Counted from the stretch's first letter, positions 8,246-17,816 are shown. The stretch: 58,314 nt of DNA from Candidatus Micrarchaeota archaeon (GCA_040754495.1 JBFMCO010000014.1:1-58314); one strand, 5' to 3'. The notes: generated from the letters alone by a model not told the origin. Program-made: numbers and translations.

Positions 8246-8961
8246 AGGAGCTCGAATGCGTCCTCGGGCCGTGCCTTGAGGCATTCCTGAAGAATCCGCT
8301 CGGGCTAGCCTCGCTCCTCATCTTCGGCGCCCTCGCCGCTGTCTCGCTGTTCGTCATAATCCGGCGGGAGGGCATGAGGTCAAGGATACGCTGGTCATAC
8401 CCCCTTGTCTTCAGCCTCCTCTTCATGGTGGCCTATTTCGCATTCACCATGATGTGCCATGACAATCTGCCCTTCTGCACCGAGCATGCGCTCATGTACG
8501 CCATACCAGCCGCAGTAATGGGCTCGTTCCTTTTCGGCTACATATTAATGCCGAACCTTTATCTGGCGTGGAACAAAGCCGTCATTTCGGAGGCACTTTC
8601 CGCGAAGCTTCCCTCCCGCGTCCCGGTATATCTCGCTGACAAGGGCAAGCCCTTCGCATTCTCCTACGGGGGCTATAGGAAATGGATAGTCATCTCCCAG
8701 GGGATGCTGGACATACTGAGCGAGAAGGAGCTCGAGGCGGTGCTCCTGCACGAATACGGCCACCTCGCGAACAACTCCTCCTTCTACAAGACGAGCGGCT
8801 GGATATACTCCAAGATCCCCCTCCTCCATGCCTTCCTCGACGGACGCTCCCTCGAGGATGAGGAGGAGCTGAAGGCGGACATGTTCGCGGCCAAACAGCA
8901 GGGGACAAGGAGATTCCTGAACTCCGCGAAGAGGAAAATGGAGAGATACTACTCCTCCTAG
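8242..8961 (+). CDS. BlaR1-like M56/M48 membrane metallopeptidase
   Basis: N-terminal TMs, AVLLHEYGH (HEXXH), EELKAD; overlaps repressor stop. Confidence 0.85.
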   Translation: MKELECVLGPCLEAFLKNPLGLASLLIFGALAAVSLFVIIRREGMRSRIRWSYPLVFSLLFMVAYFAFTMMCHDNLPFCTEHALMYAIPAAVMGSFLFGYILMPNLYLAWNKAVISEALSAKLPSRVPVYLADKGKPFAFSYGGYRKWIVISQGMLDILSEKELEAVLLHEYGHLANNSSFYKTSGWIYSKIPLLHAFLDGRSLEDEEELKADMFAAKQQGTRRFLNSAKRKMERYYSS

Positions 8962-10148
8962 GCCCCGAAAAGGTTCTTCTTCAGCGTTTCCATGACCGAA
9001 TCCGGGTTGGGCCCGATTTTTATCAGCGTGGTCTGCCCCCGGACGCCCTTCCCGCTCGGGGTGGTCACAATCAGGCCGAGCGTCTCCAAATCGTTCAGGT
9101 ACTCCTTGTACCAGCGCGAGCTGCGCGGCCTCTTGCGCGCCATCCTGCAGGATTTCTCGTATTCCTCGTAGACCTCGCCCGAGAACAGGAATCCGCCATC
9201 CACCCCTTCCAGCCTCGAATACCTGCTTCCCTGCTTGGTGATGCTGGCAATCGAATAGAGGACGAGCTGGTGCATCTCCGGAAGGGTGCTGATGGTCTCG
9301 ACCGTGAGGTCCCGCTCCACCATCTTCCTCGCCGCCTCGACGTCCTCGTCGCTCACCTTGCTCTTGCCGGACTGCTGGGCCATCTCGCCGGCCTTGTTGA
9401 GGAGCTTGAGCGCATAGCGCGCGTCCCCGCTCTCCTGGCTCGTAATCGCCGCGGCCAAATTTATCGCGGAAGGCTCGACCACGCCGGCCGCGAATCCCTC
9501 GGCCGCCCTCTGCTCGAGAATCCTCTGGAGCTGCTCGGCGGTATATGGCTGGAATATCATCTCGGTCTCATACAGGCTGCTCTTGCTGCGGGGGTCGAGC
9601 GAGTCCTTGAACGAGAGCTTGTTCGATATGCCAATCATGCTCACGCCGCCCTTCTTCATCTCGTCGTTCGAGCGGGTGAGGGTATAGACCAGCTCGTCCA
9701 GGTCCTTCACCATGTCCACTTCGTCGAGGACTACTATCAGCTGCTCGCCCATACCGGCAACCTCGACCAGCTTCTCGTAAAGGAACGGCAGGCCGAATCC
9801 CGCCTTCTCCAGCTCCGGCACATATCCCTTCAGTATCCTCTGCAGTATCCTGTACCTTGAATTGTATATCCTGCAATTAACGTAGTGGATGCTCGCAGGG
9901 CCGGCCTTCTGGGCGGCTACGAACTCCTCCATCACGCGCTTTGTGGTGCAGGTCTTTCCGGTCCCGGTCTTGCCGTAGATTATCAGGTTGCGCGGCTTCT
10001 GCCCCTTGAGGGCCGGGAATATCACGGACATTATCTCGTGCATCTGCCCCTCGCGGTAGGGGAGGTCCTTGGGAACATAATGCGGTGAGAGGACCGAGAG
10101 GTCCCGGAAGATGGATTTCTCTGAAAGGATTTTGTCAAAAGAAGCCAT
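8958..10148 (-). CDS. cdc6: Orc1/Cdc6 replication initiator
   Basis: Walker A GKTGTGKT, Walker B VLDEVD, GDARYAL, C-terminal wHTH; start moved to MASFDK. Confidence 0.95.
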   Translation of the reverse strand: MASFDKILSEKSIFRDLSVLSPHYVPKDLPYREGQMHEIMSVIFPALKGQKPRNLIIYGKTGTGKTCTTKRVMEEFVAAQKAGPASIHYVNCRIYNSRYRILQRILKGYVPELEKAGFGLPFLYEKLVEVAGMGEQLIVVLDEVDMVKDLDELVYTLTRSNDEMKKGGVSMIGISNKLSFKDSLDPRSKSSLYETEMIFQPYTAEQLQRILEQRAAEGFAAGVVEPSAINLAAAITSQESGDARYALKLLNKAGEMAQQSGKSKVSDEDVEAARKMVERDLTVETISTLPEMHQLVLYSIASITKQGSRYSRLEGVDGGFLFSGEVYEEYEKSCRMARKRPRSSRWYKEYLNDLETLGLIVTTPSGKGVRGQTTLIKIGPNPDSVMETLKKNLFGA

Positions 10149-10278
10149 GGGCAGAATTAGCCAGCAAATGTTTATATGAATAGTGGAAGTTTGGGCTGCC
10201 ACGGCGGCACGGAAAGGAATTAGGCTTTAAAACTTTCCCGTCCAGAATGGAAAATACTACTTTATAGGAGGCGAAAAA

Positions 10279-10695
10279 ATGATTGTCGGTGAAAGGATAC
10301 TCGAAGTCAGCGGGAACAAAGTGCCCAAGGGAAGCATCAAGGGCCTGAACATCAACATAAGCCTCGAGGACGTCAAGGTGTCGGAAGACAACAAGGACAA
10401 CATCGAAATCACCTACGTCTACACGGCCAACTACCAGGACAGCGTCGGCATGATAAAGATAAAGGGCGTCCTTCTCGCGAAGGAGGAAGCCAGGCTCAGC
10501 AAGGACATCGTGGAGTCCTGGAAGAAGAGCAAGAAGGTCCCGGACGAATACGCGACGGTCGTCCTCAGCGCGGTCAATTACAGCGGCAGCGCGAACGGCA
10601 CGCTCCTCGCGCGCGTCCTCAACCTCACCGCCCCGCTCATCCCGCCGAAAATCCAGCTCTCGAAGGCCACGGACGGCGGAAAGAAGTCGTCCTGA
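10279..10695 (+). CDS. Conserved archaeal hypothetical protein (possible SecB-like fold)
   Basis: GGAGG RBS, typical codon usage, beta-rich N-terminus and P-rich end; family by recollection only. Confidence 0.6.
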   Translation: MIVGERILEVSGNKVPKGSIKGLNINISLEDVKVSEDNKDNIEITYVYTANYQDSVGMIKIKGVLLAKEEARLSKDIVESWKKSKKVPDEYATVVLSAVNYSGSANGTLLARVLNLTAPLIPPKIQLSKATDGGKKSS

Positions 10696-10697
10696 GC

Positions 10698-11780
10698 TTA
10701 CGGCACAATATCCGCGCTTCCCTTGAGGGCGAAGAACACCGCCTGGTGGCGGGGAAGCTCTTTTATCTCATCCTTTTTGAACGGCCCCACCGTCTCTTCC
10801 ATCCCTATTGCAGGCACGTCTTCGGTGAATCTCACCTTCAGCCCGCCGCCCCCGGCGAGCGGGGCATCCTTCCACGGGTCGAAGGAGGAGATGTCGTCCG
10901 CGATTTTCGCGACAAGCCCGGTTTCTCCGTGGATGGAGTTCGGCACCCGGATCAGCTTGCTCAAGTCCTGCGTCACGCCGACGTCCGTATTCACCGAGCC
11001 TACGGGCAGGCTTTTCGCGACGAGCGACAGCCTCTCCCGGAGGTCGTTCAGGTTGAGCGACGTCTTGCTCCAGTTGCCCTCGTTTATGCCGCCGATGAAG
11101 AACTCCCTCTCCTTCCCGTTCGTGAATTTCCTCGAGAGGGCGGAGGGCTTCTCCTGCAGGAGCCTGATGGCGCCTCTTGCGAACCGGCCCCGGTAGCCGC
11201 CCTCGTCGGGGCGGGGCCCGAGCAGCTTCTTTCCTTCGAAAGCGAGGAACTGGAGGTAGTCCAGCCCCTGGCCCATCACGTAATCCACGAGCTCGCGCCT
11301 CTCGTCCCCCCCCAGCGGAAGATACGCCGGGTCCCGCACGTGCACGTGGTAGCCCCTGTTGCCCGAGAACACCACGGCCACGTGCTCCTTCCTTATCCCG
11401 AAATCGTTCAGGATGAAGTCCTCGACGAGCCGCACGGCGTCCTCCTTGACCTCGCCAAGCTTCGCGTAAGCCCCGTATTTTCCCTCGGCGTGTATGTCCA
11501 GGTCGAAGACGAGGTCGGCCCCCTTCCATGCCTTCTTCTGCATAGGCGTCGCGCCGGGGAACTCGTAGTATGCCGTCGAGTGCGAGACGAAGAGGGGGGT
11601 GTTCGTGACAAGATATGCCCTGAACTCCCCGAGGCTCGCGAAATTCAGGTGCCTCGCGTCTATCTTCTTCTGGTTGCCTATCCCGAATTCCCTGCGCTCC
11701 ACGTTCGGGATGCGGAACTCCGCCCTCTCGTAGTATGATGCGAAGATTTTCTTCACGAAAGACAGCCCTGCCAGGTCCAT
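10698..11780 (-). CDS. priS: DNA primase small (catalytic) subunit
   Basis: DLVFDLD, SGNRGYHVH, D.....KLIRVP.SIH. Confidence 0.95.
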   Translation of the reverse strand: MDLAGLSFVKKIFASYYERAEFRIPNVERREFGIGNQKKIDARHLNFASLGEFRAYLVTNTPLFVSHSTAYYEFPGATPMQKKAWKGADLVFDLDIHAEGKYGAYAKLGEVKEDAVRLVEDFILNDFGIRKEHVAVVFSGNRGYHVHVRDPAYLPLGGDERRELVDYVMGQGLDYLQFLAFEGKKLLGPRPDEGGYRGRFARGAIRLLQEKPSALSRKFTNGKEREFFIGGINEGNWSKTSLNLNDLRERLSLVAKSLPVGSVNTDVGVTQDLSKLIRVPNSIHGETGLVAKIADDISSFDPWKDAPLAGGGGLKVRFTEDVPAIGMEETVGPFKKDEIKELPRHQAVFFALKGSADIVP

Positions 11781-11784
11781 GCGC

Positions 11785-12726
11785 TCACCTTGCCTTTATC
11801 GCCTTCTTCCTCGCCTCGTCCAGCGTGTGCCAGTTCATCGGGTGGCCTATCCTGCAGACGGCGCAGCAGAGGCCGTAGGTCATCACCGTAGCGCAGGAGG
11901 GCACGTTGTAGCCTTTCTTCCTGATGTGGCTCACCTGGTAGGCGGTTATCTTTTCGCTGAAATCGGGCAGGTCCGAGTAGAGCTTCACTACGTCCTCCTC
12001 GCTCATCCCGGCTGCAAGCAGGTACGTGGCAAGATACCATCTAGCATGGTGCGGCAGGTTCTCGTGCTTCTTCATCTCATCCAGCAGCCTTGCGACGCAC
12101 GGCGGGTGGTCTCCTGCCTTCACCGTTATCTTCACGCTGCTTTTCGGCATCTGGGCGAGCAGCCTCGCCCCGGCCGCCTTTATCAGCTCGGGCGGGTCCT
12201 TCACCAGCGGGATGGCCTCTATGTGCTTCTTCACGGCCTCCTCTATGAGCCTCCTCTTCTCGCTGGCCTTAATCTCGACCATGCCGCGGTATATCCTGCG
12301 GTTTATGAGGCGGTAATCCGGGTTCCTCAGGCTGTACCGGACGTACGTAGGGATGTTGACGAAAAGGGTGCCGTTCCTCGTTGCCGTCGCTATCCCGAAC
12401 TGCGCGGCCACCCTGTCCACGGCCGCCTCGTCATCGCGGTCCAGGCAGTCCCTCACCCTCTTGGATTCGTTGACCGCGAACGTGTTCGTGAGGAAGTTGT
12501 TGCGCATGTGGCCGAGTATCATCCTCGCCGCTGCGAACGAGGCGATGTCCTCCAACTTGTCGGACTCGTGGAGGAGCATCTTCGCCGTCTTGTCCCCGTT
12601 CAGGGCCTTTTTTATGCGCTCGAGCCCCATCTCCACCATCCTCTCGGTGAGGCTCATCCCTTCCAGGGCGGCCCTCGCGCTGTCGCTGAAAGGATACTTC
12701 ATGGCGAAATCTAGGCCCTCTCCCAT
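11785..12726 (-). CDS. priL: DNA primase large subunit
   Basis: YPF start, HPPC, L.H.ARWYL, YQV.HI, PSC...GLC Fe-S cysteines. Confidence 0.9.
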   Translation of the reverse strand: MGEGLDFAMKYPFSDSARAALEGMSLTERMVEMGLERIKKALNGDKTAKMLLHESDKLEDIASFAAARMILGHMRNNFLTNTFAVNESKRVRDCLDRDDEAAVDRVAAQFGIATATRNGTLFVNIPTYVRYSLRNPDYRLINRRIYRGMVEIKASEKRRLIEEAVKKHIEAIPLVKDPPELIKAAGARLLAQMPKSSVKITVKAGDHPPCVARLLDEMKKHENLPHHARWYLATYLLAAGMSEEDVVKLYSDLPDFSEKITAYQVSHIRKKGYNVPSCATVMTYGLCCAVCRIGHPMNWHTLDEARKKAIKAR

Positions 12727-12808
12727 GCAGCTATATCCGCCGGCATTCTATAAAATTGCTACGGGTTCGAGGCCTCCCGCGTCCGGCCTCCGGTTCCGGG
12801 TTTTGAGT

Positions 12809-13447
12809 TCAGGGTTTTTGCGTTTTGGGGCCCGCCTTCTTCTTTTTCCGGGGGGCCTTAGGTTTCGCTTCCTGCGGAACCTCCGCCTGCGCGCCCTCGG
12901 GTGCCGGCGGGGGCGCCACCAGCACCACTTTCGGAACAGGCCTTGACGCCGCCTCGCTTCTTGCATAAGACCTTGCCGCCCTGCCCGCCAGCTCATATCC
13001 TATGTCGAAGGCGGCTATGGCTATGAAGAAGTCCCAGATGCCGACGATTGCCGGGACAAGGGCGCCGAGCTTGAGGAACGGCCTCGTCTCGGTTATCCAC
13101 CTGTAGCGGCCGATGTAATCCAGCTCGTCGAGGAAGGCGAGCACCAGGAATATCGCGAGGAGCAGCAGGTCGAGCTGGGGAAAGCCGAAATATACCAGGG
13201 ACAGCCCGGCCACGAGGAACCCGGCCCTGTGGGCGGGCGTGTCCACCTTGCGCGCGAAGACCTGCGCGAGAAGGGCGGCCAGGAACAGCACAGAGAACGT
13301 GCTCGAGCTGATGAGATAGCCTATGATGAGCCCGTAGGCGAGCGCGAGAGGGAGCTTCCGCGCGAGGGACGTCTTCCTCTCGTCGTCCATCCAGTCCACG
13401 AGCTTCACAAGGGCGCCGGCTATGAAAGCAAGGGCATACTCGAGCAT
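12809..13447 (-). CDS. Multi-pass membrane protein with Pro/Lys-rich tail
   Basis: Several TM helices, host-like codon usage. Confidence 0.65.
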   Translation of the reverse strand: MLEYALAFIAGALVKLVDWMDDERKTSLARKLPLALAYGLIIGYLISSSTFSVLFLAALLAQVFARKVDTPAHRAGFLVAGLSLVYFGFPQLDLLLLAIFLVLAFLDELDYIGRYRWITETRPFLKLGALVPAIVGIWDFFIAIAAFDIGYELAGRAARSYARSEAASRPVPKVVLVAPPPAPEGAQAEVPQEAKPKAPRKKKKAGPKTQKP

Positions 13448-13451
13448 AAGG

Positions 13452-14348
13452 TCACCTTAGGAAGCGCGCGATTATAAGGGGGAACGCTATGGTCGCGTCC
13501 GCATCGACTGTCACGTGGTTGGCGTTCTCCTTTATCTTTCCCCACGAGATGCCCTCGTTCGTCCGGGCGCCGCTCAGCGAGCCGTCCCACGGGGAGGACG
13601 TCGTGACATATACCGCGTAGTCGAAGCCTCCGCGGAGGAGGTTCACCCCTATGGCATGGTGCTTCGATATCCCCCCGCCGAGCACGATCCCGCCGGTCCT
13701 CTCGGCGTTCAGCGAAATCTGCGCAAGCTCGTTCATGTCCATGGTCACGTCTATCGCGAAATCCCTCCTTGCCTGCCTGAAGAAATACGCCTGGAGGCCT
13801 ATTGCCGAGTCAGTGATGCCAGGGCAGAACACCGGAATCCTGTTTTTCGTGCACCAGTGGAGGAAGGAGTCCGGCCCGGTCCTTTCCCCTATCTTCCTTG
13901 CGATGGCCGAGGGGCACGTCGTCCTGCCGCTCTGGTAAAGCTCCCCGAAGACGGTCTTCATGAACCCTTCGAGGTAGGCGTAGCGGTCGTTCTTCACGAG
14001 GATGTTCCCTATCCTGTTCGTGCCCTTCCGGTGAAGCGCCGCATCGTCCATCATGAAGTCGCCGAGCTCGTAGGGCTTGGCGGATTTTATGAGGTCGTGG
14101 TCCAGGCTGCCGCCTGCGGTTATTATGGCGTCCACGAACTTTTTCCTGCACATCTCCTTAATCAGGCCGCGGAGGCCGGAAGCGACCATGTTGGACGTGA
14201 ACGTCAGGAACACGGCGGCCTTCTCCTTCTTCATCCTCGCGATTATCTCTGTGGCGCGGCCCACGTTCGTGGCCTGGAACCCGCAATCAGCCAGCACCGA
14301 CCCATCCAAGGCCGCCAGGTCTTTTTGCCCAAGGTCCCGTATCCTCAT
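13452..14348 (-). CDS. dys: Deoxyhypusine synthase
   Basis: GFQA..VG.A, FTSNMVASGLR, GGGISKHH, DGSLSGAR..E..SWGK. Confidence 0.95.
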   Translation of the reverse strand: MRIRDLGQKDLAALDGSVLADCGFQATNVGRATEIIARMKKEKAAVFLTFTSNMVASGLRGLIKEMCRKKFVDAIITAGGSLDHDLIKSAKPYELGDFMMDDAALHRKGTNRIGNILVKNDRYAYLEGFMKTVFGELYQSGRTTCPSAIARKIGERTGPDSFLHWCTKNRIPVFCPGITDSAIGLQAYFFRQARRDFAIDVTMDMNELAQISLNAERTGGIVLGGGISKHHAIGVNLLRGGFDYAVYVTTSSPWDGSLSGARTNEGISWGKIKENANHVTVDADATIAFPLIIARFLR

Positions 14349-14349
14349 G

Positions 14350-15108
14350 TCATATCCTCCGTGCCGCCAGGGCGAGCGTGTCCGCGAGGTCCGAGGCGCA
14401 GAAATTGTATCCGTATCTTTTCATTAGGATGTTCCCGGCCATTCCGTTGATTTTGGCCGCCGCCACGGCAGCCGTGAACGAGTCGTTCTTGCATGCGAGC
14501 GCGGCCACAAGGCCCGAGAGCACGTCCCCGGTGCCTCCCTTGGTCATGCCGGGATTGTGGACGGCGTTCCTCGCCACTTTTTTCCCGTCGCTTATTATGT
14601 CAACCGGCCCCTTCTTGAGTATGACGCACCTGTGCTTCGCCGCCATCCTCTTCACGTTGGCCGCGGTCCCTTCCATGTCGAATAGCGCCCTGAACTCGCC
14701 TTCATGCGGCGTGAGTATCGAGCCGGCGGGCACATGGGCCTTTACCCTCTTAAGGCCGTCCCCGTCGATCACCAGCTTCCACCGCCTCGCGTCAGGCACC
14801 CTGAAAATGATGTGGGCCTCGCCCATGCCTACGCCGAAGAGCACGCAATCCGCCTTTCCGACCAGGTCATAGCCGTCCACGACGATGACCTCGGGGATGC
14901 TCTTGACGGCCTGCATGAGATGCGGCCCCCTTTCCGCGGGATAGAAATACACGAGGTCCACGAACCTGCGCGCGGCGAGTATAGAAAGCGCCGGGGCCCC
15001 GTGGTAGCGCCTGCTCCCGCCCAGGATGAACAGCCTCCCGTTTTCCCCCTTGTGCGAGCCCGCAGGCGGCCGATAAAGCCTCATCGGATTCCATGCCCCT
15101 CTCAGCAT
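14350..15108 (-). CDS. nnrD: ADP-dependent NAD(P)H-hydrate dehydratase (YjeF C-terminal domain)
   Basis: SHKGENG, IDGDG, LTPHEGEF, MTKGGTGDVLSG. Confidence 0.9.
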   Translation of the reverse strand: MLRGAWNPMRLYRPPAGSHKGENGRLFILGGSRRYHGAPALSILAARRFVDLVYFYPAERGPHLMQAVKSIPEVIVVDGYDLVGKADCVLFGVGMGEAHIIFRVPDARRWKLVIDGDGLKRVKAHVPAGSILTPHEGEFRALFDMEGTAANVKRMAAKHRCVILKKGPVDIISDGKKVARNAVHNPGMTKGGTGDVLSGLVAALACKNDSFTAAVAAAKINGMAGNILMKRYGYNFCASDLADTLALAARRI

Positions 15109-15152
15109 TTTAACCCTTTCTGAACCCCGGCCCGTCCATGCAAGCGTTATAA

Positions 15153-16874
15153 ATGATGAGCAAAGAATCGTTTGAAGTGGACCAGATAGCGCTCGGCGAA
15201 TGCGGGGGGGAGGTTGCCGGGATACCCATCAGGTACCTCACCCGCCACGGCATAATAGCGGGAAGCACAGGGACCGGGAAGAGCCGGGCCATGCAGGTGC
15301 TCGCGGAGCAGCTTGCGGAGGCCGGCGCGCACGTCTTCGTGTCTGATGTGAAGGGCGACGCCTCCGGGTTCTGCGTCCCGGCCTTCGAGCAGGCGGAAGT
15401 GCCGGCCGAGGCCGAGAAGAAGTGGGGCGAGCGCAACCGCCTCGCCCCGTTCGAGCCCTCATCATTCGGCGCGAACTACTGGAGCGTCTCGGACCGGTTC
15501 GCGAGGATGCGCTTCTCAATAAGCAAGGCCGGGAGCGTGCTTTTCTCCAGGCTGCTGTCCCTGAATCCGACGCAGGAGAGCCACCTCGCGATAGCGTTCT
15601 CCTACGCAAAGAAGCAGGGCATCGGCCTCGACACCCCGGACCAGCTCCTTGACGTCCTTGACGAGCTTGTCAAGACCAACCAGCGCGGCATCAGTCCCTC
15701 CAGCGTGTCGGTCATACAGCGGAAAATCATAGCCCTCCAGGAGTCGGGCCTCGGCCGGATGTTCGGAAGCCCGGACGTGCGCCTTGAGGATTTGGGCGGG
15801 CTGAACGTCCTCAACCTCAGCGACGCCCGCAACGACATGGCCGTCACGATGGCCCCTGCGTTCGTGCTGAAAAAGCTGTTCGACCTGCTTCCGGAAGTGG
15901 GCGAAGTGGAGAAGCCGAAGTTCGCGGTATTCTTCGACGAGGCGCACTACCTTTTCAAGGACTCGAACAAGTCGCTCCGGGACCTGATGGCGACCATCCT
16001 GAAGCAGATACGCTCGAAGGGCGTCGCGGTCTTCTTCGTGACGCAGGATGTCGGCGACATCCCGGACGAGATTCTCAGCCAGCTTTCGACCAAGATAATA
16101 TTCTCGCAGAAGGCCATGACCGAGAAGGGGAACGCGCGCCTGCGCGCCCTCGTGAAGTCATTCCCGAACCCAAAACCCGGCGCAAGGCTTGGCTCTTCAG
16201 CGGAGCCAAACCTTGCGGAAACCGGAAACCGGCTGCTGGAAACCATCAAGACCATGCCTCCGGGCGTCGCCCTGCTCTCCACGCTGGACGAGTCCGGCAA
16301 CCAGACCGAGCCGGCGCAAGTGCGCGTTTTCGCTCCTGCGACGACCATGGCGGTCGTTCCGGACGAAGCGCTGAGGAAGGCGACGGATGCGGAGCTGATT
16401 AAGAAATACGCGGCCGTGCAGAAGCCGAAGGCGCAGGAGAGGCCGAAAGCCCCGGAGCCAGGCCTTCAGGCAGAAACTCCGCGGCCGAAGGCCGAGGCAA
16501 AAAAACCAGCAAAATCCGAAACCCAAAAAACAGGACCCAAAACCCCAAAACCCGCACCTGCCGCCCCGCCTCCGGTCCGCGAAGAGGTCCGGATAAAGGA
16601 AGTTGTCGTAGAGAAAAAAGTCGTCAAAAAGAGCGGGCCGCCCATCCTTGATGGCGTGCTGGGTGGCCTCCTCAAGCTCCTGCGGTTCTTCCTGAAGGCC
16701 GGAGGCATGGTCTTCGACGCGTTCATGGCGAAGCCTCTCAGGGCGCTCTTCAAGTATCTCACGAAGAAGCCCATCCGGCTGCTCTACTTCGTCCTGCTGC
16801 TCATACTCCTTTACGCCCTGTACGTGAACTGGGCGAAGCTCCAGGCGCTGCTGGAAGCGATAAAACTCACCTAG
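15153..16874 (+). CDS. DUF853/HerA-like P-loop ATPase with low-complexity linker and C-terminal TM
   Basis: RHG.IAGSTGTGKS, FFDEAHYLF, IRSKGV..FFVTQ...DIP. Confidence 0.85.
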   Translation: MMSKESFEVDQIALGECGGEVAGIPIRYLTRHGIIAGSTGTGKSRAMQVLAEQLAEAGAHVFVSDVKGDASGFCVPAFEQAEVPAEAEKKWGERNRLAPFEPSSFGANYWSVSDRFARMRFSISKAGSVLFSRLLSLNPTQESHLAIAFSYAKKQGIGLDTPDQLLDVLDELVKTNQRGISPSSVSVIQRKIIALQESGLGRMFGSPDVRLEDLGGLNVLNLSDARNDMAVTMAPAFVLKKLFDLLPEVGEVEKPKFAVFFDEAHYLFKDSNKSLRDLMATILKQIRSKGVAVFFVTQDVGDIPDEILSQLSTKIIFSQKAMTEKGNARLRALVKSFPNPKPGARLGSSAEPNLAETGNRLLETIKTMPPGVALLSTLDESGNQTEPAQVRVFAPATTMAVVPDEALRKATDAELIKKYAAVQKPKAQERPKAPEPGLQAETPRPKAEAKKPAKSETQKTGPKTPKPAPAAPPPVREEVRIKEVVVEKKVVKKSGPPILDGVLGGLLKLLRFFLKAGGMVFDAFMAKPLRALFKYLTKKPIRLLYFVLLLILLYALYVNWAKLQALLEAIKLT

Positions 16875-17698
16875 AAATAGCCGCGTATCTCCCTGTTCAG
16901 ATTCTCCGCTTCCTTGAGCGCGGCATCCGCAGGCTTCCCCCCGTGCTTCTCGAAGGCATAGGCGAGCGATGAGGAGACGTTTATCCTGTGTATGGGTATG
17001 TTTCCCTTCACGGCCTTTAGGACCATGCCGAGGTCGCCGCCCTGCGCCCCGATTCCGGGGATGAGGAGCGGAACCTCGTTTTTGGTCAGCTTCGCAATCT
17101 TTTTTATCGCATCGCTCGTCGCCCCGGCCACAAGCCCTGTTTTCCACTCCAACGCCTTCTTCGCTACGTGTTCATAAAGTGTTACTCCCCGTTTTGGGGC
17201 GCCTTTTCCTAAAAGGCGCAACTCCTGGAAATCGGCAGCCCCCTTGTTCGATGTCCGGCAAAGAAGATACGCCAGCTTCCCCTCGCGCAAAAACGGCGAA
17301 ACCGAGTCATGCCCCATGTACGGGCTGAGCGTGATTGCGTCGGCCCCCCAGAAATCGTATGCCTCCCTCGCATAGGCCTCGCTCGTCTTCCCGATGTCCC
17401 CCCTCTTCGCGTCAAGGATGATAGGCACCTTTCCCTTATACCTCTGTATCAGCTCTTCCAGCACGAACAGCCCGTCGAAGCCGTACTGTGCGAAAAAAGC
17501 GTAGTTGGGCTTGAGCGCGGAAATCGCGTTCTCGGCAAGCAGCCTGTCTATTATATCATGGAAGAACGGGGTTATGGCGCCCTCGACCGTAGTGCCGGTC
17601 GCTATGCCGCTCACGCGCACGATGTCCGGGTCCACGCCGAAGCAGAGGATGGTCCTGCTCTCCTGCGCGGACTTTTCAAGCCGCTCCCTCATGTCCAT
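16871..17698 (-). CDS. pyrF: Orotidine-5'-phosphate decarboxylase
   Basis: LCFGVDP, KPNYAFF, DAKRGDIGKT, LIPGIGAQGG. Confidence 0.95.
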   Translation of the reverse strand: MDMRERLEKSAQESRTILCFGVDPDIVRVSGIATGTTVEGAITPFFHDIIDRLLAENAISALKPNYAFFAQYGFDGLFVLEELIQRYKGKVPIILDAKRGDIGKTSEAYAREAYDFWGADAITLSPYMGHDSVSPFLREGKLAYLLCRTSNKGAADFQELRLLGKGAPKRGVTLYEHVAKKALEWKTGLVAGATSDAIKKIAKLTKNEVPLLIPGIGAQGGDLGMVLKAVKGNIPIHRINVSSSLAYAFEKHGGKPADAALKEAENLNREIRGYF

Positions 17699-17816
17699 GG
17701 ATTGAGAACCGCTTTTCGCTTTATATGCCTTAGCTGCAGCCCGCACGTTTCAGAAATCAATAAAAAGCCGGAGGAGGCAAGTATAGTGCTCGGACCCTCA
17801 GCGGGCCCGGCATTGC

